A DNA stretch of 64,000 nt, taken from the NCBI GenBank assembly GCA_002372935.1, contig DFJF01000007.1:86019-150018 (forward strand), written 5' to 3'. The position numbers were made by a program, and so were the translations under genes. Position 1 is the stretch's first letter, and each line of letters opens with the position of its first letter. The notes under the pieces were generated by a model. It was not told the DNA's origin. It made no database searches and saw nothing but the letters and a program-made list of their open reading frames with translations. Positions 49,510-58,296 of this stretch are shown piece after piece. The DNA comes from Clostridiales bacterium UBA3678. Its GTDB lineage: Bacteria > Bacillota > Clostridia > TANB77 > CAG-508.

Positions 49510-50116
49510 ATGATTAATTTTTTAGGTAAATGGATTGAGGGTATTGCTATTGCAGTCATAGTTGCTAGTATTTTTGAGATGATATTACCAGATGGAAATA
49601 TAAAAAAATATGTAAAAATTGTTTTAGGCATTTATATTATTTTCAGTATTATTTCTCCATTTGTAGATAGAAAAGAATTGTACAACCTTAATATATCCAA
49701 AGAAATAGATACATATTCAAATAATATTGTGAGTAATGAAACGAATTCTAATCGGTAGTAAAAAGAGCTCTGGAGCTGATTTAAATAAAATTTATAAAAA
49801 AACATTTGAAAAAGAAATAAAGAAAACAGTAGAAAATAAAGGATACATTGTATCTGAATGCAATGTTGATGGTGAATTTGAAGAAAAGGATAAAACAGGG
49901 ATTAATAAGATAATAATAATTCTTGAATCTAAAAAGAAAAGTGATGAAAATAATAGTCATATAAATAAAATTGAGAATGTAGAAATTGATGTAGAGAACA
50001 AAGTAGAAAATACAAAAGATGATGAAATTACTAAAAGTGACATTAAAGATCTAAAAGAATATCTTTGTGACTATTATGAACTTGATAAGAAGATTTTTGA
50101 TATTACAGTTAAATAA
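49510..50116 (+). CDS. spoIIIAF: stage III sporulation protein AF, apparently split by a +1 insertion in an A-run at 49739-49741
   Basis: N-terminal TM part (49510-49758) and the C-terminal domain (49736-50116) lie in adjacent frames and overlap by 23 nt. Removing one A gives a continuous 201-aa SpoIIIAF-like protein. Confidence 0.6.
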
Positions 50117-50133
50117 TTATAAGGAGTGATCTT

Positions 50134-50745
50134 ATGTTTAAAGAATTTATGAAGAAAAATATGAATATTGGAGAAGGAACTAACAATAAGAAAAAAATAG
50201 AAAATTTAATTTTTTTAATTGTCTTATTAATAATAACAATTGTCATAATAAATTCTATTTTGAATAAAGATAAAAAAGATAATAATGAAAATGTCAAAGA
50301 TAATTCAAAGACATTAGCAAATAGTATAACACAAGGAGAAAATAATAGCTCAAATTCTGATGAGTTACAATCTAAACTAGAAAATATATTAAGTACTATA
50401 AAAGGAGTAGGAGATGTGAAAGTATTTATAAGTTATTCAGAAAGTAGTGACACAATTGCTATGTATGATGAGAAAACAACAGTTAATTCAACTGAAGAGA
50501 CAGATTCGGCAGGTGGACTTAGAAATACAACTTCAACTGAAACACAAAAGAATGTCATATTTTCTGAAGAGGATGGAAGTCAAGTTCCTGTAACAGAAAA
50601 AGTTGTAATGCCTAAAATAGAAGGAGCTGTAGTTACAGCAAATGGTGCTGGTAATGCAGTAGTTAAGACAAATATTATTAATGCAATTAAATCGGCAACT
50701 GGATTATCTATTGATAAAATTCAAGTATTTGAAATGGAGGAATAA
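50134..50745 (+). CDS. spoIIIAG: stage III sporulation protein AG
   Basis: N-terminal TM plus a C-terminal ring-forming-type domain. Operon position. Confidence 0.7.
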   Translation: MFKEFMKKNMNIGEGTNNKKKIENLIFLIVLLIITIVIINSILNKDKKDNNENVKDNSKTLANSITQGENNSSNSDELQSKLENILSTIKGVGDVKVFISYSESSDTIAMYDEKTTVNSTEETDSAGGLRNTTSTETQKNVIFSEEDGSQVPVTEKVVMPKIEGAVVTANGAGNAVVKTNIINAIKSATGLSIDKIQVFEMEE

Positions 50746-50751
50746 CAGAAG

Positions 50752-51531
50752 ATGGTGAAAAAAGAAAATAAGAGCTTAAGTATTTTAAAAAAGGGATTCA
50801 AGAAAAATGAGATTGTTATTTATGCAATTGCATTAATGCTTGTTACTGCTGGTTATTTTAATTATACAGCAAACCTAGATAATAATTCTCAAGAAACTTA
50901 TTCAGAAAATATTGCAAAAGAAGAGACAACACAAAAAACTGAAAATACGAATACTTCTGAAATAGTTGAAAAAGACAAAACTAATAAACCTAGTCAAGAA
51001 AGTACAAATGCTAATGGAAATATTAATGAAACAGGAGAAACGAGCAATAATAAAAACACTGATAAAACAGAAGAAACAAGTAATAATGAAAATACTAGTG
51101 AGACAGAAGAAACAAGTAGTAGTCATGAAGATGACAACGAAATTGGAGATGCTAAACTTGTTAATAGTGATAGTGTTACAAGTAATTATTTTTCTGCTAC
51201 AAAACTTGAAAGAGATACAAATTATGCAGATATGATTACTGCATATACGAAGATTTTAGAAGATACATCTGTTTCAGAAACACAAAAAACTATAGCTATG
51301 AATGAGATAACAAAAATTAATAATATAAAAAATGCAATATCTGTGTCTGAAAATCTTTTATCAACTAAAGGATTTGAAAATTATGTTGTTTTAGTAAATG
51401 GAGATAGTATTAATGTTGTTGTAAAGTCAAGCGAAAAATTAACACCAGAAAAAGTTGCACAAATTCAAAATATTATTTCAAGAGAATTTGATGCTGAGAT
51501 TGTGAATATACATATTACAGAGAAAAATTAA
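50752..51531 (+). CDS. spoIIIAH: stage III sporulation protein AH
   Basis: N-terminal TM, Thr/Glu/Asn-rich linker, and a C-terminal YscJ/FliF-like domain. Last gene of the operon. Confidence 0.7.
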   Translation: MVKKENKSLSILKKGFKKNEIVIYAIALMLVTAGYFNYTANLDNNSQETYSENIAKEETTQKTENTNTSEIVEKDKTNKPSQESTNANGNINETGETSNNKNTDKTEETSNNENTSETEETSSSHEDDNEIGDAKLVNSDSVTSNYFSATKLERDTNYADMITAYTKILEDTSVSETQKTIAMNEITKINNIKNAISVSENLLSTKGFENYVVLVNGDSINVVVKSSEKLTPEKVAQIQNIISREFDAEIVNIHITEKN

Positions 51532-51635
51532 AGTTTATTTATTAAAGTTGTAATATAGTATGATTCTATAATGTTTTTCAGTTCAACACAACTTACTACA
51601 ATTAATTTTAATAAAATATAAAAAAAGAAAGTGAT

Positions 51636-52028
51636 GTGATTATTTTGGAAAGAGCAAAAAGCAGTAATTTTATAACTTCAATATTTAAGGGAGTTTTAAT
51701 TTCAATGATTTTTACATTAATTTGTCTAACAGTTTTTTCTTTATTATTGGTAAATACAAATATGACTGAAAATTTAATTCAGCCTGTTGTTATAGGAATT
51801 ACAATTATAAGTATTTTAATAGGTAGCTTTTTTTCAAATAGAAAAAGAAACAAAAATGGTGCATTTATTGGGTGCATTGTTGGAATTATTTATATAGCAA
51901 TTATCTACATAATATCTAGTATATTAAATAGCATGAATTTTGCTTTAAATTCTAGTTCAATAATTATGATTTCTCTTGGATTGTTGGGGGGAGCAATTGG
52001 AGGAATAATTGGTGTAAATTTAGGGTAG
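51636..52028 (+). CDS. small polytopic membrane protein (hypothetical)
   Basis: Four predicted TM segments with a Gly-rich C-terminus. Start is uncertain: GTG at 51636 or ATG at 51705. Confidence 0.4.
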   Translation: MIILERAKSSNFITSIFKGVLISMIFTLICLTVFSLLLVNTNMTENLIQPVVIGITIISILIGSFFSNRKRNKNGAFIGCIVGIIYIAIIYIISSILNSMNFALNSSSIIMISLGLLGGAIGGIIGVNLG

Positions 52029-52083
52029 AATAATATTGTAAATATTTAACATATTTACAAATTATGTGCATAGAAGGTAGATT

Positions 52084-52815
52084 ATGGAAAATTATGCAAT
52101 ATGTGTTAAAGATGTATACAAAAATTTTAATGTGTATTTAGATAAGTCAAATACCATAAAAGAAAAAATTTTGTTTCTATCAAGAAATAAAAAAGAAAAA
52201 AGGGAAGTTTTAAAAGGGATAAATTTGAAGATTAAGCAAGGAGAAGCGGTTGCACTAATTGGAACAAATGGAAGCGGAAAATCTACTTTGCTAAAATTAA
52301 TGACAAAAATTTTATATCCTAATAGTGGTGTGATAAGAATAAATGGAAAACTCACATCACTATTAGAGTTGGGAGCAGGATTTCATCCTGATTTTTCTGG
52401 TAGAGAAAATATATATTTTAATGCTTCAATTTTTGGATTAACAAAAAAGCAAATAGATGCAAAATTGGAAGATATTATAGAATTTTCAGAATTAGAAGAA
52501 TATATAGATAATCCTGTTAGAACCTATTCTTCTGGAATGTTTATGAGACTTGCGTTTGCTGTTGCAATTAATGTAAATGCAGATATTTTACTTGTTGATG
52601 AAATATTATCTGTTGGAGATGAACATTTTCAAAATAAATGTATAAAAAAAATGTTGGAATTAAGAGATAAGGGAAAAACAATGGTTTTTGTAACTCATAG
52701 TATGGATTCTGTAAGAAAACTATGTAGTAGAGCAGTTTGGCTTTGTGACGGACAAATTAGGATTGACGGAAATACAAATGAAGTTATAAATAAATATGTG
52801 GAGGAAACAAAATAA
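52084..52815 (+). CDS. ABC-2-type polysaccharide/teichoic-acid export ATP-binding protein (TagH/Wzt-like)
   Basis: Walker A GTNGSGKST. Signature SSGMFMRLAFA. Walker B LLVDE. Confidence 0.8.
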   Translation: MENYAICVKDVYKNFNVYLDKSNTIKEKILFLSRNKKEKREVLKGINLKIKQGEAVALIGTNGSGKSTLLKLMTKILYPNSGVIRINGKLTSLLELGAGFHPDFSGRENIYFNASIFGLTKKQIDAKLEDIIEFSELEEYIDNPVRTYSSGMFMRLAFAVAINVNADILLVDEILSVGDEHFQNKCIKKMLELRDKGKTMVFVTHSMDSVRKLCSRAVWLCDGQIRIDGNTNEVINKYVEETK

Positions 52816-55058
52816 TGGAAAATAAAAATCCAATAATATCAATTATAACACCATATTATAATTCTCAAGACTATATTGAAGAAACTGCTAAAAGTGTTTT
52901 AAATCAAACATTTGAGAATTTTGAATGGATAATTGTTGATGATGGATCTTCTAATGAAAGTAAAAAAAAACTAAAGCAAATTTCAAAATTAGATGATAGG
53001 ATAAGAATAATTACAGGAAAAACAAATAATGGAGGACCTGCTACAGCGAGGGATTTAGGAATAAAAAATTCTAATTATTTTTCAAAATATATAGTTTTTT
53101 TAGATTCAGATGATTTGTATGATAAAACCTTTTTAGAATGTTGTTATTGGACAATGGAAACTCATCCAAAAGCAAGTTGGTGTTATACAGATTCTATTAA
53201 TTTTGGGGCAAGGAATTTTTTATGGAGGAAATATTATAATGTAAATTGGGAATTAGAAGAGAACATTTTACTCGTTTCTTCATGTGTTAGAAAAGAAGAT
53301 TTAATAGAAGTTGGATGTTTTGGTACAAAAGAAAAAGGTGTTTATGAAGATTGGTATTTATGGATAAAGCTTATTAAAGCAGGGAAATACCCTATTAGGA
53401 TTAATGCACTATTAACCTATTATAGACAAAAAACTGGAGAGAGTGAACTAAAAAAAGCAAATTTGCAAAATAGAAAAAAAGCAATGAGATTAATAAAAAA
53501 TGCAGAAAGAGATTTAATGATCTATAGAGATGGGATTCAATATCCAAAATTTGATTATTATTTTGAAAAAATAGAAGATTGGATTATAAATCCAGAGGCA
53601 AAAAAGAAAGATAACAAAATCCATGTTTTAATGATTTTACCATGGATGATAACTGGTGGTGCAGATAGATTTAACTTGGAATTGGTGAAAAATATTGACA
53701 AAGAAAAATTTGATTTTACAGTAGTTACTGTATTACCAGCTACAAATGAATGGAGAGAAAAATTTGAAAATTTTGCAACTGTTTATGATTTAACCACATT
53801 TTTAGATATGAAAGATTGGACAAGTTTTATAAACTATGCTATCAAAAAAAATAATATTAACTTGATTTTTAACTCGAATAATCAATTTGGATATAAGATT
53901 TTGCCATATTTAAAAGCTAAATATCCTAAAATTCCTATTGTAGATTTTGTACATATGGAAGAATGGTATTGGCGTAATGGTGGATTTTCAAGAGATTCAA
54001 GCATATTACAAAATATAATAGATAAAACATTTACATGTAATGAAAATAGTAGAAGAGTTTTTATAAATAAATTTAAAAGAGATGAAAGAGAAATAAAAAC
54101 TATATACATAGGAGTTGATGAAAAAAAGTATAATCCAGATAAATATGATAAAAAAAGTATTATAAATGAATTTATCAAAAAAAATCAAAAATTCAAAGAA
54201 AGCTATGAAGAGAGCAAAAAAGTAATTTCTTATATTTGCAGAATAACTGAACAAAAAAGACCATTTTTGTTTATTCAGATTATAAAAAAATTATTAGAAC
54301 AGAGAAATGATTTTATTGTACTTGTTGCAGGAGAAGGAGATTTATTAGATTCTGTAAAAAGAAAAGTTATAGAATATAAAATGAATGAATTTTTTGTATT
54401 TTTGGGGAATATTACAGAGCCTCAAAAAATTTATAAAATAAGTGATTTGACAGTAAATACATCAATTAAAGAGGGCTTAGCTCTTACAAGCTATGAATCT
54501 TTGGCTATGAATGTTCCTGTTGTATCAAGTGATGTTGGAGGACAAGCAGAACTAATAAATCAAGATGTTGGTGTTATAGTACCATGTTTACAAAAAGAAG
54601 AAGATATATCTAAATATGATTATTCAAAAGAAGAAGTAAAAAATTATGTAGATGCAATAAACGAGGTTTTTAATAATCTAGATTTTTATAAACAAAATTG
54701 CAGAAATAGAATTTTGAAGAATTTTACAATTGATAATATGGTAAATGTGATGCAAAAAAAATTAATAGAAATATATGAACATCCAGATAAAGAAAAGGAA
54801 GAAAATGGCGTATTTTTGGCAAAAAATATGGATATTTTAAAAGAATTGATTTCAACATATTTTGCTTCTAGCAAGCGAGAATATGAGTATCTTGTAGATG
54901 AATTTAATAAAAGAAATGTGCATATAAACAAAATGGCTAAAAAGAAAACTAAGTTTTATGAGCATACTTTAGAATATAAAATAAAGCATCCAATTGTTGT
55001 TTTTTTAAAAAAAATTGGAATTTATGAAAAAGTAAAGGAGTTAATTTTTAATAATTGA
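52815..55058 (+). CDS. bifunctional glycosyltransferase (N-terminal GT2 plus C-terminal GT4/group-1 domain)
   Basis: GT2 N-terminus (ISIITPYYNSQDYI...WIIVDDGS). C-terminal GT-B-like domain with EGLALTSYESLAMNVPVV. Confidence 0.7.
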   Translation: MENKNPIISIITPYYNSQDYIEETAKSVLNQTFENFEWIIVDDGSSNESKKKLKQISKLDDRIRIITGKTNNGGPATARDLGIKNSNYFSKYIVFLDSDDLYDKTFLECCYWTMETHPKASWCYTDSINFGARNFLWRKYYNVNWELEENILLVSSCVRKEDLIEVGCFGTKEKGVYEDWYLWIKLIKAGKYPIRINALLTYYRQKTGESELKKANLQNRKKAMRLIKNAERDLMIYRDGIQYPKFDYYFEKIEDWIINPEAKKKDNKIHVLMILPWMITGGADRFNLELVKNIDKEKFDFTVVTVLPATNEWREKFENFATVYDLTTFLDMKDWTSFINYAIKKNNINLIFNSNNQFGYKILPYLKAKYPKIPIVDFVHMEEWYWRNGGFSRDSSILQNIIDKTFTCNENSRRVFINKFKRDEREIKTIYIGVDEKKYNPDKYDKKSIINEFIKKNQKFKESYEESKKVISYICRITEQKRPFLFIQIIKKLLEQRNDFIVLVAGEGDLLDSVKRKVIEYKMNEFFVFLGNITEPQKIYKISDLTVNTSIKEGLALTSYESLAMNVPVVSSDVGGQAELINQDVGVIVPCLQKEEDISKYDYSKEEVKNYVDAINEVFNNLDFYKQNCRNRILKNFTIDNMVNVMQKKLIEIYEHPDKEKEENGVFLAKNMDILKELISTYFASSKREYEYLVDEFNKRNVHINKMAKKKTKFYEHTLEYKIKHPIVVFLKKIGIYEKVKELIFNN

Positions 55059-55060
55059 TA

Positions 55061-55834
55061 ATGAATGTTTTCAAAAATTTATATGATTACAGAGAGTTGT
55101 TAAAAACAAGTGTAAAAAAAGAAGTGAGGAGTAAATATAAGAATTCTTTTTTAGGAGTATTATGGTCTTTTTTAAATCCATTGCTTCAAATTATTGTGTA
55201 TGCAATTATTTTTTCACTTATATTAAAAAATAAGCAAGACAACTATGCAATTTTTTTATGTGCAGGACTAATACCATGGACATATTTTTCAATATCAATA
55301 AATAAATCAGCTTTTACAATAATAGAGAATGGAAATATTATAAAAAAGGTATATTTTCCAAGAGAGATAATACCTATATCAGTAGTGACAGCAGAAACAA
55401 TAAATTTTTTAATATCAACATTAATCATTTTAGGATTTGTTATATTTGGAGGAATAGGGATTTCCAAATATATATTGTATTATCCATTGGTTTTAATTGC
55501 ACAATATTTAGTAATACTAGCTATATCTTTTATTATATCTAGTATTTGTGTATATTTTAGAGATCTTCAGCATTTTATTGGAATAATATTACAACTCTTA
55601 TTTTATGCTACTCCAATTGTATATTCTCAAGATAGTATTCCGCCTGAATATCAATGGATTCTTAAATATAATCCTATGACATATATTGTAAATGCATATA
55701 GAAATATTTTTTATTATAAAACTGCAATAGATTTAAAATCAATTATATTATTGATAATTATAGCGATTGGGGGTTGTGTATGTGGGTATTGGATTTTTTC
55801 AAAATTACAAAAAGGATTTGCAGAACAATTATAA
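55061..55834 (+). CDS. ABC-2-type export permease (TagG/Wzm-like)
   Basis: Six-TM ABC-2 permease. Start is ambiguous: ATG at 55061, or TTG at 55055 as in the ORF track. Confidence 0.8.
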   Translation: MNVFKNLYDYRELLKTSVKKEVRSKYKNSFLGVLWSFLNPLLQIIVYAIIFSLILKNKQDNYAIFLCAGLIPWTYFSISINKSAFTIIENGNIIKKVYFPREIIPISVVTAETINFLISTLIILGFVIFGGIGISKYILYYPLVLIAQYLVILAISFIISSICVYFRDLQHFIGIILQLLFYATPIVYSQDSIPPEYQWILKYNPMTYIVNAYRNIFYYKTAIDLKSIILLIIIAIGGCVCGYWIFSKLQKGFAEQL

Positions 55835-57278
55835 AATAAATAAAGATAATGTAAAAATATTTTTGATTTTTTCTATAATAGTCATCATATTGTTTGGAAA
55901 ATTGTACAAAATGGAGTATGCAACAGACACATATCAAGTATTTAATTTTAGTGAACAAGAAGTATATAATCAATTTGCAAGTTCTGGAAGATTTGTAAGT
56001 GCAATAGTGTTCAAATTTGCAAAAAAGATTGGCATGAAAGAGCAGACAATATATGCAATATCTTTTGTTTTGGCAATTTTATGTATGATTTTGTCTTTGG
56101 TAAAAATGTATAAGATAATTAAAATTGACATTAATTCAAAAGTATTAAAAATATTAATACCAATTTTAATAGTACCTAATTTCTTTTCAATTGAATTATT
56201 TCTATTTATTGAAAAGGGAATAATGATTTTTGGAATTTTAATGTGCATAATTGGAATAGAAAATGTTATCAAATTTTGGAAAACCTCTAATAAAAAATAT
56301 CTATTTTTTAGCTTGATTTCTATGTTTATAGCAAATTGCTCATATCAGGGTGTTGTGGGAATTTTTGCATCAGTCTTATTAGTTTATATTTTAAAATATT
56401 CTAAAACAATTAAAGAATTTATAAAAAACAATTTAATTATAGGTACAATTTATTCAATACCTGCTATAATAGACTATTTACTCGTAAAATTTTTATATAA
56501 ACAAAATAGATTAAATGGAAAAATTGAGCTAATAGAATCAATAAAAATGTTGTCAATCAATTTTTTAAAAATGCTTAAAAATATGTATGGATTAATGCCT
56601 AAATATGTATTTATTTTAGTAATACTCTTTACTTTTTCAATTTTATGTTGTAAAATATGTAATGTAGATAAAAAAAGGATTCATATATTAAAATTTATAT
56701 ATATTTTCATGGGAATAAGTGTTTTTGCAGTAGCTCCACAAATATTGCAACCGACTTCAAATATTTGGTTAGTGCCAAGATCTACATATTGTTTTGCATC
56801 TATATATGGAATATTAATATTATATTTATCAATAAATTATACACTAGAAAATATAGATGAAAAATTAATTATACTTATAAGCATATTTTTATTAATATTT
56901 CAGGTACATGGATTTTGGCTAATAGAAAAAGATAGATATATTTTAAACCAAAAAGATTATGAAGTTACAATGCAAATAATTGATAAAATTAATAAATATG
57001 AATCAAAAACAAAAAATATAATTTCAAAAATAGAAGTTTACCAAGACTTGTCAATAAAATATACATATGATGGCTTATTTGCTGTAGGTGACATGAATGT
57101 TAAATGTTATGCAAATGATTGGAGTATAATAGCAATTTTAAATTATTATGTAAATAGAAATTTAAAATTAGATTATAGTCAAGATTTATCAGATAATTTT
57201 AAAAATAAAGATTGGAATGAATTTGATGACAGTCAAATAGTTTTTTATAATGATACAATGGCACTATGCAAGTATTAA
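55767..57278 (+). CDS. polytopic membrane protein, possible GT-C-type glycosyltransferase or polymerase (hypothetical)
   Basis: At least ten hydrophobic helices. Start uncertain: the ORF-track TTG at 55767 overlaps the upstream gene, and ATG at 55911 is an alternative. Confidence 0.4.
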   Translation: MGVVYVGIGFFQNYKKDLQNNYKINKDNVKIFLIFSIIVIILFGKLYKMEYATDTYQVFNFSEQEVYNQFASSGRFVSAIVFKFAKKIGMKEQTIYAISFVLAILCMILSLVKMYKIIKIDINSKVLKILIPILIVPNFFSIELFLFIEKGIMIFGILMCIIGIENVIKFWKTSNKKYLFFSLISMFIANCSYQGVVGIFASVLLVYILKYSKTIKEFIKNNLIIGTIYSIPAIIDYLLVKFLYKQNRLNGKIELIESIKMLSINFLKMLKNMYGLMPKYVFILVILFTFSILCCKICNVDKKRIHILKFIYIFMGISVFAVAPQILQPTSNIWLVPRSTYCFASIYGILILYLSINYTLENIDEKLIILISIFLLIFQVHGFWLIEKDRYILNQKDYEVTMQIIDKINKYESKTKNIISKIEVYQDLSIKYTYDGLFAVGDMNVKCYANDWSIIAILNYYVNRNLKLDYSQDLSDNFKNKDWNEFDDSQIVFYNDTMALCKY

Positions 57279-57304
57279 AAAATGATGAAAGGGATGTAGC
57301 TAAG

Positions 57305-58249
57305 ATGAAAAAAATTAGTATTATTGTTCCAGCATATAATGAGGAAGAATCATTGCCATATTTATATGAAAGATTAAATAAATTAATGGATTCTATGAAA
57401 CAATATGAATTTGAAATATTGTTTATTAATGATGGTAGTAAAGATAACACATTAAAATTAATAAAACAATATAGAGAAAAAGATAGTAGATATTGTTATG
57501 TTGATTTTTCAAGAAATTTTGGAAAAGAAATAGGAATGATTGCAGGTTTGGATTATGCAACAGGTGATTGTGTAATATTTATAGATGCAGATTTACAAGA
57601 TCCACCAGAGCTAATCCCAGAACTTATAAAATATTGGGAAGAGGGGTATGATGATGTCTATGCAAGACGTCGTTCAAGAGAAGGAGAAACATTCTTAAAA
57701 AAATTTACATCAAAAATGTATTATAAAGTATTACAAAAAATGACAAAAGTCGAAATACAGAAAGATACAGGTGATTTTAGGTTATTAGATAGAAGATGTG
57801 TAAATGCATTAAAAAAACTACGTGAATCATCAAGAAATACAAAATCAATGTTTAGCTGGATTGGATACAATAAAAAAGAAGTATTATATGATAGAGATGC
57901 AAGAATAGCAGGAAAAACAAAGTGGAATTATATGAAATTAATGGATTTAGCAATAGATGGTATTACTTCTTTTACCACATCACCATTAAGACTTTCAACA
58001 TGGATAGCAATACCTACATTTTTAATGCTTTTAGTATATTTTATATATGTAATTGTAAAATGTATAGTTACAAGTACAGCAATGCAAGCATTTCAAGCTA
58101 TAATCTTATTAATACTATTTTTCTCAGGTGTTCAAATTTTATTATTTGGAATTATGGGAGAATACTTGGGAAGAATATTTAATGAAACAAAAAATAGACC
58201 ATTATATTTGGTAAATGAATATAACGGAAAAAAAGAAATGAACGAGTAG
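57305..58249 (+). CDS. GT2 polyprenyl-phosphate glycosyltransferase (CsbB/GtrB/DPM1-like)
   Basis: ISIIVPAYNEE, INDGSKDNT and DADLQD motifs. Two C-terminal TM helices. Confidence 0.75.
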   Translation: MKKISIIVPAYNEEESLPYLYERLNKLMDSMKQYEFEILFINDGSKDNTLKLIKQYREKDSRYCYVDFSRNFGKEIGMIAGLDYATGDCVIFIDADLQDPPELIPELIKYWEEGYDDVYARRRSREGETFLKKFTSKMYYKVLQKMTKVEIQKDTGDFRLLDRRCVNALKKLRESSRNTKSMFSWIGYNKKEVLYDRDARIAGKTKWNYMKLMDLAIDGITSFTTSPLRLSTWIAIPTFLMLLVYFIYVIVKCIVTSTAMQAFQAIILLILFFSGVQILLFGIMGEYLGRIFNETKNRPLYLVNEYNGKKEMNE

Positions 58250-58296
58250 GATCCAACGGTTTGTATATAATTGTGAAAAAAGAATATACTATAACT

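Noticed and set aside
50966-51235. Plus-strand alternative-frame ORFs inside genes. This one (50966-51235) lies within spoIIIAH. Others are 27318-27518 in ackA, 57922-58182 in the CsbB-like gene, 62152-62367 in ftsX and 63275-63553 in the M23 gene.
   Set aside because: They are out-of-frame overlaps with strongly supported genes, have no RBS, and have repetitive Lys/Gln-rich composition. Artefacts.
52038-52066. 9-bp stem hairpin TGTAAATAT-ttaac-ATATTTACA between the small membrane gene and tagH-like gene
   Set aside because: No U-tract follows, so it is not a convincing intrinsic terminator. A low-complexity AT palindrome of this kind is expected by chance in 27% GC DNA.
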